A DNA stretch of 61,296 nt from Bacteroidales bacterium (GCA_017544105.1 JAFYEU010000049.1:1-61296), one strand, 5' to 3'. Shown: positions 38,906-47,798, counted from the first letter of the stretch. The notes: generated by a model from the sequence alone, not told the origin. Program-made: numbers and translations.

Positions 38906-39581
38906 TCAGTTTGAATCCAACGCCGTGCACGTTGATGATCTGGATGGATGGATCGCCTTTGAAGAGTTTTCTCAACTTGTTGATATACACGTCCATGTTG
39001 CGAGAGTTGTACCAACTGTCATCGCCCCAGATTTTCTTTAAAGCATAACCGCGTTCCAGTACATCATTCTTTTTTTCGATGAGGAGTTGCAGCAATTCCA
39101 CCTCGCGGGTGGTGATTTTTTTCTCGGTGCCCTGGATGTTCAGGAGTTGTCTCTTTTTGTCAAACGAGATGCTTTCGGAGAGTTGCACGATGTCGCTTTC
39201 TTCCTCATTCTGTACGGTGCGTCGCAGTAGGGCTTGGATGCGGGCCAGCAGGACGTCGCGCGGGAATGGTTTGGTGATGTAATCGTCACCACCTATGGAG
39301 AGCCCTTTGATCATATCCTCTTGTAGAGACTTGGCTGTCAGAAATATAATCGGAATTTTTTTATCCACCTTGCGGATCTCTTGAGCCAGCGTGAAGCCAT
39401 CCATCAAGGGCATCATGACATCGATCAGGCAGATGTCGTAAGAGTTCTGGCAGAAAAGCTCGTATGCGATTTCACCGTTGGTGGCATGACTCACCTCATA
39501 GCCTTTTTCTGTCAGGTAGGCCATCAGCACTTTTGCCAAGTTGACATCATCTTCAGCGAATAAAATCTTAATAGGTTCCAT
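38898..39581 (-). CDS. OmpR/PhoB-family response regulator (RprY-like), with no adjacent histidine kinase
   Basis: Receiver domain (ILFAEDD...CLIDVMMPLMDGFTLAQEIR...IIFLTAKS...GGDDYITKPF) plus a winged-helix C-terminus (LTTREVELLQLL...VYINKLRKLF). Confidence 0.88.
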   Translation of the reverse strand: MEPIKILFAEDDVNLAKVLMAYLTEKGYEVSHATNGEIAYELFCQNSYDICLIDVMMPLMDGFTLAQEIRKVDKKIPIIFLTAKSLQEDMIKGLSIGGDDYITKPFPRDVLLARIQALLRRTVQNEEESDIVQLSESISFDKKRQLLNIQGTEKKITTREVELLQLLIEKKNDVLERGYALKKIWGDDSWYNSRNMDVYINKLRKLFKGDPSIQIINVHGVGFKLII

Positions 39582-39606
39582 ATTTTTATTAGTTTCAAAA
39601 AGAGTG

Positions 39607-39614
39607 CAAATATA
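39607..39614 (-). promoter_or_regulatory. Putative -7 box (TATATTTG on minus strand) for the response regulator
   Basis: CAAATATA on the plus strand, 26 nt upstream of the start at 39581. Confidence 0.5.
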
Positions 39615-39897
39615 TAAAAATCATGATTAGGTCGAGATTTTTAGTGAGCAATTCTCTTATTTTTTTCCTTTGGCGAACCCTGCGCTGCTCTTTTCAGCCT
39701 GATCAACAGTCGCTCTGTCTGTAGTCTTCCAGATGGTTTGTTTTTCAATGTAAATATCTTATTTGCAGAACGATACAATGTCGTTTGAGGTTATTATGGT
39801 GTTTGTTTATCAGTCTTTATTTTAACTATTAAGTGTAAAAATTAATGATAACATAAAAAAATATTAAAAAACACTTGACAAATGAGAATAATTGTTG

Positions 39898-39905
39898 TAT
39901 TTTTG
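39898..39905 (+). promoter_or_regulatory. Putative -7 box TATTTTTG for the T9SS cargo gene
   Basis: TAnnTTTG match inside the longer ORF-track frame, 66 nt upstream of the ATG at 39971. Confidence 0.5.
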
Positions 39906-39970
39906 CCTCGTCTTTGAAAGATGAATACAAACAGCTCACTATAACTAAACAAACTAAAAAAAGTACTATT

Positions 39971-41512
39971 ATGAAAAAATCAAAGACATTTTGGAAGAGC
40001 CTGCCGATATGGCTCTTGGGAATGGCGATGACGGGCTTGAGTGCCCAGACTGTCCTCTATGAGGAGAATATGGGCACTCCGTCAGCCGCCACCTTGGTTC
40101 AGAACTACACGGGATGGCAGAACACGGAGGTAGTCTATTTGGGAGACGGGACTTGTGATGTCCGGACATCCAATGCTTCGTCGGGTTACGGATTGGCGTC
40201 CGGAGGAGGCAATGTGATGTTGAACGACACGGTCAAGTGGTTCCAGGTATCGGGAATCGGCACGGCGAGTGCGACGAATCCCCGGTTGTATTTGGGTATT
40301 AGGAAGACGACTGCCGAGAATGGGCGGAACTTGCGCGTGGAGGTTTCTGTGGACAGTCTGTCGTGGACATTGTTGAGTCTAGCAGACACCTTGCCTTCCG
40401 GTTCAGGCACATCCGGGTGGCATCGGATTCATTACGAGGGGTTGCCTGTTGCGGCTCGGATACATCTTCGGTTTTCCAATGCTACGACATCAGACTGCCG
40501 CATTGATGATATCGCGGTGGTTGATGGCGAGGAGGTGCTGCTGGAGAGCGTTGCGATCCCTCACATCACACCGTCGTCAGGGCTCTATTATGAGGCGCAG
40601 ACGGTCTCGATGACCACGGCTACGGAGGGTGCCCAGATTTACTATACGTTAGACGGATCGGACCCGACAACCGGTGCGTTGTTGTATGCAGCTCCTTTTG
40701 TGGTTGAACAAACAGGGACGATCAAGGCATTTGCGGTCAAGGCCAACATGTATGACAGTGAAATCTCCACGGTGCATATTACGATTCAGGATACCAACTC
40801 GTTGGTTCAGCTTCCTTTTGACATCTCCGACAACAGCACGTCTGGTCATGAAGATATCGCGCTCATGAGTGGATTTAGGGGATACTATTTGGGAAGTTCT
40901 TATGCGGATGGTTCTGTCAAGTTTGAGGCGTCGAATGCCGGGCGCGCGGCCCTGGTGGCGCATTTGGACAGCTCCCCAGGAACTCTTTCCTTTGACTTGA
41001 AGGGCAAAACGGGAGGGAGCGCGCCAGTGGCCTACGAGGGTATCGAATTGGCGGTGATGCAGTCTGCCGATGGCCAGTCGTGGAGTTTGGTGGGCATCTT
41101 CACCGACGTGGAAATCCCGACAGCAGACTATGCCCGTTTTACAGGCATGAGCCTTTCGCCAGACACTCGTTATGTGCGATGGCAGTTGAATGCCGCCACG
41201 AAAGGGAATACACAGTTGAACAATATTGCGATCACCCAAAATGAAGGCGGCTCGGATAGTACGGCTGTGTTGGACTATCTGCATACACCCTTTGTCTGCT
41301 ATCCCAATCCGACTAATGGGCTGTTGAATATTTCCGATGGCGGATTGCAGATTGTCGGGATGACCTTGACGGACATCTGCGGGCAGGTGGTGCGCTCTTG
41401 GCCCTCACCTGTGCCACGCTCCTTGTCCTTGTCGAGTCTGCCCGAAGGTACCTATCTGCTGACCATTGAGACAGCGGAGGGCGTGATGACAACGAAAGTT
41501 GTTAAGTATTGA
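39971..41512 (+). CDS. Secreted protein with a T9SS C-terminal sorting domain (predicted T9SS cargo)
   Basis: Signal peptide MKKSKTFWKSLPIWLLGMAMTGLSAQ. Internal chitobiase/hexosaminidase-C-like module (GAQIYYTLDGSDPTTGALLYAAPFVV...IKAFAV). C-terminal CTD (CYPNPTNGLLNIS...LPEGTYLLTIETAEGVMTTKVVKY). Confidence 0.8.
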   Translation: MKKSKTFWKSLPIWLLGMAMTGLSAQTVLYEENMGTPSAATLVQNYTGWQNTEVVYLGDGTCDVRTSNASSGYGLASGGGNVMLNDTVKWFQVSGIGTASATNPRLYLGIRKTTAENGRNLRVEVSVDSLSWTLLSLADTLPSGSGTSGWHRIHYEGLPVAARIHLRFSNATTSDCRIDDIAVVDGEEVLLESVAIPHITPSSGLYYEAQTVSMTTATEGAQIYYTLDGSDPTTGALLYAAPFVVEQTGTIKAFAVKANMYDSEISTVHITIQDTNSLVQLPFDISDNSTSGHEDIALMSGFRGYYLGSSYADGSVKFEASNAGRAALVAHLDSSPGTLSFDLKGKTGGSAPVAYEGIELAVMQSADGQSWSLVGIFTDVEIPTADYARFTGMSLSPDTRYVRWQLNAATKGNTQLNNIAITQNEGGSDSTAVLDYLHTPFVCYPNPTNGLLNISDGGLQIVGMTLTDICGQVVRSWPSPVPRSLSLSSLPEGTYLLTIETAEGVMTTKVVKY

Positions 41513-41517
41513 TTACT

Positions 41518-41614
41518 AAGAAGATGTTCTGGGCGTTCTAACTGGATTGTGGTTAGTTACCAAATTTATTTGTGAGTTTTCAACAGTTTCTATGCCCAGT
41601 CATCTTCTTTTTTT
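41518..41614 (+). terminator. Long interrupted inverted repeat plus T-tract downstream of the cargo gene (terminator or structured element)
   Basis: AAGAAGATG..CTGGGC (41518-41534) pairs with GCCCAG.CATCTTCTT (41594-41609) across a 59-nt insert that has its own CTAAC/GTTAG stem. It is followed by a T-run to 41614. Confidence 0.45.
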
Positions 41615-41615
41615 G

Positions 41616-41623
41616 TAATTTTG
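41616..41623 (+). promoter_or_regulatory. Putative -7 box TAATTTTG for the MORN/OstA-like unit
   Basis: TAnnTTTG match 26 nt upstream of the ATG at 41649. Confidence 0.5.
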
Positions 41624-41648
41624 CGCTCTGTTTGATAAAATTACAAGT

Positions 41649-42317
41649 ATGAGAGTGTCACCCGGTTTGATTGTCCTATCATTGTCGGCCTTGTGTCTGG
41701 CTGCTTGCACAAAGCAAGAGAAAACCTATTATCCTGATGGACATTTGCAGTCTTCCATCCAATATCGGATGGGAAAGGAACATGGCAAGTCGCGATATTA
41801 TTTTGACAACCCCAATACCTTGGAGATAGAGGTGGATATGAAGAGAGGTCGTCGTAATGGTGAGTTTTACCGTTATTTTGAAAATGGTGGGTTGGATACT
41901 TATTGTGTGTACGAGAATGACACTATTGTAGGCGAGGAGGTTATGTATTTGCCCAATGGCACACGGACTCAGGTCTTTACCTACAAGAACGGCAAAAAGA
42001 ACGGCCCTCATGTGGCATATCATATCAATGGTGAGGTGAAGATAGAGGGTGGTTTTAAGGATGATATGTTTGATGGTCCTTGGACTTATTATGACGAGAG
42101 AGGCGTGTTGGTGGGGGAAGGCTCCTTTAAGGAGGGTGCCGGGGATTTGATTTTTTATGACAAGAATGGACACAAGGCCCGTCTTACGCATTACGAGCAG
42201 AATAAAAAGGATGGGAAGGAGATATACTACAATCCAGACGGAACGGTCTATCAGGAAATTATTTACAAGCAGGATAGAATCGTTTCTCAGACGGTGGACA
42301 CCACGAGTAACAGTTGA
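41649..42317 (+). CDS. MORN-repeat-variant (YwqK-like) lipoprotein
   Basis: Lipobox LSALCLAAC. At least six repeats of the Y-x-x-(N/D)G...G motif (YYPDGHLQS, YFENGGLDT, YLPNGTRTQ, YHINGEVKI, YDKNGHKAR, YNPDGTVYQ). Confidence 0.65.
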   Translation: MRVSPGLIVLSLSALCLAACTKQEKTYYPDGHLQSSIQYRMGKEHGKSRYYFDNPNTLEIEVDMKRGRRNGEFYRYFENGGLDTYCVYENDTIVGEEVMYLPNGTRTQVFTYKNGKKNGPHVAYHINGEVKIEGGFKDDMFDGPWTYYDERGVLVGEGSFKEGAGDLIFYDKNGHKARLTHYEQNKKDGKEIYYNPDGTVYQEIIYKQDRIVSQTVDTTSNS

Positions 42318-43858
42318 TGCACAGAATATACAGGATCATATTAGTCTTGGTGTGCCTGTTGTCATTGTTTGAACTGCCGGCCCAGACCCAGCGTATCAAG
42401 TATCGTGCGGATATGGGCTATTATGATGAAGATTTGATGCCAGGTGCACAACGTCTGATCGGGCATGTGGTCTTCTCCCAAGACAATGTGCGAGGATATT
42501 GCGACAGCGCCTATCTTTTTGAACGGGAGAACTATATTATTGCTTATGGCGATAAGGTGCGTATCTTGGTTGGAGATTCGGTCAGGCTGTATGGATATCG
42601 GGTTTATTACGACGGAAATACCAAGATGGTCTCCATTGCTTCGTCCGTCAGGTTGGAAAAAGGGAAGGCTTATCTGGTTACGGACAGCCTCACCTACGAT
42701 ATGAACCGGGATGTAGGCTATTATCTGACGGGAGGAACCATTGTCAACGAGACAGACACGCTGGTCAGCAAGGTAGGACACTACTATACCAAGACGGATG
42801 ATGCCTATGTCTCCTATGATGTGATTGTGAAGAATGAGACCTATACGATGGATTGCGATTCATTACGCTATAATTCTGCCCGGAAGATGGTCTATTTTAT
42901 CTCTCCGACCCAACTCTGTTCCGATAAGCAAGATGGTTATACAGAAGGCGGATGGTACGACACAGACAACGACATCTCGTTATTCGTGGGTCATGTGTGG
43001 ATGCAGCAGGAGCAGCAGACGATCAAGGGGGATAGCATATACTACAATCGTTTCCAGCATGTGGGGAAGGCATGGCATCATGTGGAGGTGGTGGATACCA
43101 GTCAGAACTATGTCTTGCGGGGCCATTATGTGGAATATCATGACAAGGGAGGCGTCTCCACGGCCACCGACAGTGCACTTTTGATCTTGATTGACAACGG
43201 AGATTCGCTATACCTACATGCAGATACCTTGAAGTTATATACCAACGAGGACCAAGAGGCCCAGTTGGCTCTTGCATACTATCACACCAAGTTTTACCGT
43301 CATGATCTGCAAGGTGCGTGTGACTCCATGAGTTGTGTGGTGACCGACACCATCATCTATCTGTATTATAATCCTGTTGTCTGGTCTGACCAGTATCAGA
43401 TGACGGCCGACACCATCTACTCGTTCAAGGTTGACTCCATTCATAGTTGTGTGAAGCTATGCAAGTCGGCCTTCCTGGTGGGCAGTCTTTATCGGGATAC
43501 GGAATTTAACCAAGTGAAAGGTACCAATATCACAGGGTTCATTGAGCGCAAGAAATTATATCAAGTGGACATAGACAACAATGCCGAATGTGTCTATTAT
43601 GTGCAGGAGGAGGACAGTTCCTTGATCGGTATCAATACGTCTATCACCAATCAAATGCGCATATTGCTGGAAGATAACAAGATAAAACAGATTCGGTTTT
43701 ATGACCAGCCGGATGGCAAGATATATCCCGACCAGCAGTTTGAGGATAAGAACCGGAGGTTGGCTGATTTCCGGTGGCTTGTCAAGTATCGTCCTCTCAA
43801 GAAAGAAGATCTGTTTGTGTACCCTATTCCGCGAGAGAAGGGTACGGAGGAGCAGTAA
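42317..43858 (+). CDS. OstA-like (LptA/LptD N-terminal fold family) periplasmic protein
   Basis: Signal peptide. Repeated beta-jellyroll-like segments, with size and N-terminus (IKYRADMGYYDEDLMPGAQRLIGHVVFSQDN) as in Bacteroidota OstA-like proteins. The ATG overlaps the upstream stop (TGATG). Confidence 0.5.
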   Translation: MHRIYRIILVLVCLLSLFELPAQTQRIKYRADMGYYDEDLMPGAQRLIGHVVFSQDNVRGYCDSAYLFERENYIIAYGDKVRILVGDSVRLYGYRVYYDGNTKMVSIASSVRLEKGKAYLVTDSLTYDMNRDVGYYLTGGTIVNETDTLVSKVGHYYTKTDDAYVSYDVIVKNETYTMDCDSLRYNSARKMVYFISPTQLCSDKQDGYTEGGWYDTDNDISLFVGHVWMQQEQQTIKGDSIYYNRFQHVGKAWHHVEVVDTSQNYVLRGHYVEYHDKGGVSTATDSALLILIDNGDSLYLHADTLKLYTNEDQEAQLALAYYHTKFYRHDLQGACDSMSCVVTDTIIYLYYNPVVWSDQYQMTADTIYSFKVDSIHSCVKLCKSAFLVGSLYRDTEFNQVKGTNITGFIERKKLYQVDIDNNAECVYYVQEEDSSLIGINTSITNQMRILLEDNKIKQIRFYDQPDGKIYPDQQFEDKNRRLADFRWLVKYRPLKKEDLFVYPIPREKGTEEQ

Positions 43859-43864
43859 TAGGTT

Positions 43865-45145
43865 CTATTCCAGGTTGAAATGTATTTCCTCTTTGGGAAT
43901 TCTCAGGAATAGCAGGATGTACATCATAGCGATGAATACAGCGCCCATTTTGCGTTCAAACATGCTTTCCACCATCAGGTTGCCGATGATGAGCAGGGAG
44001 AATGTGAGGTAGAGCATGTCCCGTTTGCGGATGCCGTAAATGAGGGGGTATAGGCAGTAGGCCAGCACTACCAGTAGGCCGACAAGACCCCAGGATGCGA
44101 GTGCTTGTAACCATTGGCTGTGGGTGTTGTAGTGGTGTCCGATCAGATTCCGATAATCCCTTTCCTCCGCCTTTTTCATCAGGTCGGCTCCCAAGTCGCC
44201 GGTGCCGGTGCCAAGCAGATGGTTCTCCTTGGAGATCTCCCAAGCTGAGCGCCATACGGTGAGTCTGACCCCGCTGCTGGTATAGGCGTGGGAGTTGTTG
44301 ACTTCATAATGCTGGATGTCGTCCCAGGCGGAAGTCAGGCGCATCAAGGGGTTTGCTTTGAATTGATAGGCCAAGGCGCCAAACAGCAGGTTGACGGAAA
44401 GGAATGCCAGTATCCCCAGCAGTCGTTTTTTCCAGCCGTTGGCCAAATAGAAGATCCAGCAGAAACAGAGGACTATCAGTAGCAGAAGTCCTGCTTTGGA
44501 GCTCAGGCTGATGACGGCTGTGTAGAGGCAGACGATAATCACTCCGTATATGATTTTGAGTGCAGTGTTGAAATGCCGGTTCCGATGCTTCCAGTCGAAA
44601 AGGAGCAGGAATATGGCGAATGAGATGTAGAGGGAGAGGTAGGAGGGATGGTAAAAGCTGGAGATATAGCTGTAGATGGAGAACTCCTGGTCTCTATGTC
44701 GGAGGAGATAGACGGCCGCATCGCCAAAAAGAATCATGGACAGCAGGATGGTGGAGATGGTGAATAGGACCAGCAGCAGGCGGGTGCGCTCGTGGGTGAG
44801 AAGCGTGGAGGGGTAGGTGAGCAGGAAAAGAGGTGCTGCTAAAAACCAGATGTAGGTCTCGATGGAAGCCAGGGCATGTATCTTGTTGGAAGATATCAGC
44901 AGGCCGAGCAGGGTAAGACAGAATACGGCGGTGGAGAGTGCGAAGACGCTGGTGGCCTGATGGTCTTTTACGTTCAATAATTTTTCTTTCCAGTTCCATT
45001 CCCATATCCAGTTGATGAGCATCAGGATGGTGATGGGTACCGACAAGGTATGGGTGAAGGGCAGGGTGGCAACGGCAATCATCATCAGCATGAAGAAGAT
45101 GTTGAAGTGTCTGTTTTGCGAGAATATGATATGCAAGGGGTTCAT
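43865..45145 (-). CDS. O-antigen ligase family (Wzy_C-type) polytopic membrane protein
   Basis: About 10-12 TM helices. Periplasmic loop with R...W motifs (GVRLTVWRSAWEISKENHLLGTGTGD...HYNTHSQWLQALASWGLVG). Confidence 0.7.
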   Translation of the reverse strand: MNPLHIIFSQNRHFNIFFMLMMIAVATLPFTHTLSVPITILMLINWIWEWNWKEKLLNVKDHQATSVFALSTAVFCLTLLGLLISSNKIHALASIETYIWFLAAPLFLLTYPSTLLTHERTRLLLVLFTISTILLSMILFGDAAVYLLRHRDQEFSIYSYISSFYHPSYLSLYISFAIFLLLFDWKHRNRHFNTALKIIYGVIIVCLYTAVISLSSKAGLLLLIVLCFCWIFYLANGWKKRLLGILAFLSVNLLFGALAYQFKANPLMRLTSAWDDIQHYEVNNSHAYTSSGVRLTVWRSAWEISKENHLLGTGTGDLGADLMKKAEERDYRNLIGHHYNTHSQWLQALASWGLVGLLVVLAYCLYPLIYGIRKRDMLYLTFSLLIIGNLMVESMFERKMGAVFIAMMYILLFLRIPKEEIHFNLE

Positions 45146-46062
45146 GATAGGATGGTTTGCGTCAATAATAGGCCCATTTCTTGCAGGAAAAGATCTGTCC
45201 CATAGGGTCGGTAGCCTCCGGCGGGGGTGAAGGTCATTTCTCCGAAGATAGGTTGGTTGTCCACGATATAGTAGTCGACACGCACTAATGGGAAGGGCTG
45301 GGCCAGGGCTTCGGCAGCGGAGAGCAGTTCGGGGAGCGCGGTGGGGCGGGGGAGGAGTTCTTCCTGTCGGAGCGGGCGTGGGTTATAATCGGTTACGGCC
45401 TGCCAGTCGGGGTCCCATAGGGTCTTGACGGGAGTCTTGTTGCCAGTGGGCTCGCACGTCAGGATGGCCCGTGCCTTGCCGCCGATGCAGTATACTTTGT
45501 AGTCGGTCAGTCCGTGTGGGTTGTCTGGCTGGTGCAGCAGTCTCTCGGCCACCACTTTAGGTTGGATGTTCCGATAGTGGAATTCTGCGGTGGTCAGTCC
45601 GAAGGGTTCGCGCAATGCTTTTTGCAGGGTCTGGGTGATCTGTGGACGGTTCGCGTTATGTTTGTCCTCCACGATGATGTTGCTATGGCAGCCGTTGTTG
45701 GGCTTGAGGATAAAAGTGTCGGGCAGGGTGTCCCAAGGCAAGTCGGAGGCATCGTCGCAGGCGGCATATAGCTCGTTCAGATGGTTGGAGAAGCCTTGCG
45801 CGGCCACATATTCCCGAACGGCGTATTTGTCAGACAGTTCTGTCCATCGAGAGGTGTCGCCATACAGCTTGAGCCATTGTATCCATTCGGTCATCAGCGA
45901 GGGGTCGTCAAGGTCCAGCGGCCGTTTGCAGATGTGCCGGTAGTGCAGTCTGATGGCCTCTTCGGGGTTGGCGAGAGCCAGCTGTTTGCGGTAGCTTCTG
46001 CTCGCAAAGCGCACGTCATCGTAGAGGCGTTGCCAAAGCGGATATGTGGCGGGTCGGTTCAT
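45142..46062 (-). CDS. ATP-grasp amidoligase-like protein (TupA-like ATP-grasp family)
   Basis: DKYAVREYV...[15 protein letters not shown]...[11 protein letters not shown]...[25 protein letters not shown] matches my recollection of the ATPgrasp_TupA family pattern. ATGA overlaps at both ends. Confidence 0.65.
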   Translation of the reverse strand: MNRPATYPLWQRLYDDVRFASRSYRKQLALANPEEAIRLHYRHICKRPLDLDDPSLMTEWIQWLKLYGDTSRWTELSDKYAVREYVAAQGFSNHLNELYAACDDASDLPWDTLPDTFILKPNNGCHSNIIVEDKHNANRPQITQTLQKALREPFGLTTAEFHYRNIQPKVVAERLLHQPDNPHGLTDYKVYCIGGKARAILTCEPTGNKTPVKTLWDPDWQAVTDYNPRPLRQEELLPRPTALPELLSAAEALAQPFPLVRVDYYIVDNQPIFGEMTFTPAGGYRPYGTDLFLQEMGLLLTQTILS

Positions 46063-46742
46063 TCTTCGTTATGCAGCAGGTCGGGTCTGCGTTCTTGGGT
46101 TCTCTTGAGTCGTTGCTCCATCTTCCACTCTGCGATAAGCTTGTCGTTGCCGGAGAGCAGCACGTCGGGCACGCGGTGGCCGCGGAAGTCGGCGGGTCGG
46201 GTATAGACGGGCGCGGAGAGGAGGTCGTCTTGGAAGGAGTCGGTGAGGGCGGAGGTGCCGTCGTTGATGACGCCGGGGATGACGCGCGCCAGGGCATCGG
46301 TGATGACCATGGCCGCCAGCTCGCCGCCGGAGAGCACATAGTCGCCAATGCTGAGGTCCTCGGTGATGTACAGCTCCCGCACGCGCTCGTCCACTCCTTT
46401 GTAATGTCCGCATAGCAGGATGATGTTCTGCAGCATAGACATGGAGTTGGCCTTGTGTTGGTTGAACTGCTGCCCATCAGGGGCCATCAGGTAGATGGCG
46501 TCATAGGTGCGCTCCGACTGCAGTTGCTCTATGCAGCGGGCGATGGGCTCTACCATCATCACCATGCCAGCTCCTCCTCCGAAAGGATAGTCGTCGGCAC
46601 GGTGGTGCTTGTCGTAGGTGTAGTCGCGGATGTTGTGGGTATGCACCTCCAGGTACTGTCTGTCGATGGCTCTTTTGAGGATCGAGCAGCCCAGGACGCC
46701 CTCAAACATTTCCGGAAATAGGGTCAGGATGTCTATGCGCAT
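46059..46742 (-). CDS. trmD: tRNA (guanine37-N1)-methyltransferase
   Basis: [15 protein letters not shown]...[13 protein letters not shown]...[11 protein letters not shown]...[16 protein letters not shown]. 227 aa. Confidence 0.93.
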   Translation of the reverse strand: MRIDILTLFPEMFEGVLGCSILKRAIDRQYLEVHTHNIRDYTYDKHHRADDYPFGGGAGMVMMVEPIARCIEQLQSERTYDAIYLMAPDGQQFNQHKANSMSMLQNIILLCGHYKGVDERVRELYITEDLSIGDYVLSGGELAAMVITDALARVIPGVINDGTSALTDSFQDDLLSAPVYTRPADFRGHRVPDVLLSGNDKLIAEWKMEQRLKRTQERRPDLLHNEE

Positions 46743-46745
46743 AGT

Positions 46746-47396
46746 TTACAGTTTTTCTATCATCATGATGCCATCGCGGAAAGGAAGCAGCAGGTTGCGG
46801 ACGCGTGGGTCTTCCTGCACGTGACGGTTGAAGTCGGTTATGGCTTGGGTGTCTTTGTCGTTGTGCGCCACCGAATGGGTGACCTTGCCATTCCACAAGG
46901 TGTTGTCGGCCAGGATGAAGCCTCCTTTGCGCACGTTAGGCAGGATTGCTTCGTAGTAGTGGGTGTAGTCTTCCTTGTCCGCATCGATGAAGACGAGGTC
47001 CCAGGAATAGTTGAGGGTACGGATGAGGTCGCGGGCGTCGCCGATGTGGAGATGCAGTTGCGAGGCGTGTTCCGATTCCGCGAAATAGGCCCGGATGCGG
47101 TCTTCGTATTCAACGTTCATCTCGATGGTGTGCAACTCCCCGTCCGGGAGCAATCCCTCGCTCAGACAGATGGCGGAGTAACCCGTGAAGGTGCCGATTT
47201 CCAGGATGTGTCGGGGACGCATCATGCGGGCGATGAAGGCCAAAAAGAGCCCTTGCAACTGTCCGGAAGCCATGCGCGGATTGATGGTCTCCAAGTGCGT
47301 CTGCCGATACAGCCGATACAGCAACGCTGTCTCCGGCGTGCTGTGGTCCTCGCAATAGGCCTCTATATCTTGCGCTATCAGTTCAAAAGTGGACAT
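46746..47396 (-). CDS. Class I SAM-dependent O-methyltransferase (caffeoyl-CoA OMT / YrrM-like)
   Basis: ILEIGTFTGYSAICL...FIDADKEDYTHYYE...GGFILADNTLWNG, typical of family 3 O-methyltransferases. Confidence 0.8.
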   Translation of the reverse strand: MSTFELIAQDIEAYCEDHSTPETALLYRLYRQTHLETINPRMASGQLQGLFLAFIARMMRPRHILEIGTFTGYSAICLSEGLLPDGELHTIEMNVEYEDRIRAYFAESEHASQLHLHIGDARDLIRTLNYSWDLVFIDADKEDYTHYYEAILPNVRKGGFILADNTLWNGKVTHSVAHNDKDTQAITDFNRHVQEDPRVRNLLLPFRDGIMMIEKL

Positions 47397-47593
47397 TATG
47401 CGTTTAGTTCGGCAATGGTTTCATTCACTTCTTTCTCAGTCTTCGTCAGCTTGTCTTTGCAGATCTTGATCAGCTGGGTGGCCTTCTTGATGTTGTCAGA
47501 CAACTCGTCAACTGAGATGTCGGCGTTCTCCATCTTGTGGACAATCTCTTGCAGCTCTTCAAAGGCTTCTGTATAGGTAATCTCCTTAGCCAT
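47396..47593 (-). CDS. xseB: Exodeoxyribonuclease VII small subunit
   Basis: 65-aa helical protein MAKEITYTEAFEELQEIVHKMENADISVDELSDNIKKATQLIKICKDKL. Only the last 65 codons of the 163-aa ORF-track frame look genuine, because a promoter box lies inside the extension. Confidence 0.8.
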   Translation of the reverse strand: MAKEITYTEAFEELQEIVHKMENADISVDELSDNIKKATQLIKICKDKLTKTEKEVNETIAELNA

Positions 47594-47667
47594 AGTCGGG
47601 TTCTTTGGGTGAAAATGAGGTGACAACCAAACGATTCGCTGATTGCCAGCCATGAAAAATACATCTG

Positions 47668-47675
47668 CAAAAATA
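47668..47675 (-). promoter_or_regulatory. Putative -7 box (TATTTTTG on minus strand) for the xseB-OMT-trmD-ATPgrasp-ligase unit
   Basis: CAAAAATA on the plus strand, 75 nt upstream of the xseB start. Confidence 0.45.
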
Positions 47676-47756
47676 ATAAAAATTGGGAATGGTGAAAGAG
47701 GCTGTACAAGAATTATGCGGCGTGATTTTTTCCTCGATTGTTTTATCAGAAAATTG

Positions 47757-47764
47757 TATTTTTG
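47757..47764 (+). promoter_or_regulatory. Putative -7 box TATTTTTG for the small CTD protein / beta-helix unit
   Basis: TAnnTTTG match 35 nt upstream of the ATG at 47799. Confidence 0.5.
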
Positions 47765-47798
47765 CCGTTTATCATACATTAGTCTCTGATAATTACCT

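Noticed and set aside
39655-39760. GC-richer core of the response-regulator/cargo spacer, whose minus-strand frame reads PSGRLQTERLLIRLKRAAQGSPKEKNKRIAH-stop. Considered as a remnant of the missing histidine kinase.
   Set aside because: The 31-residue peptide shows no HATPase or HisKA motif. This cannot be supported without a tblastx search, so it is mentioned only as a check under the orphan-regulator finding.
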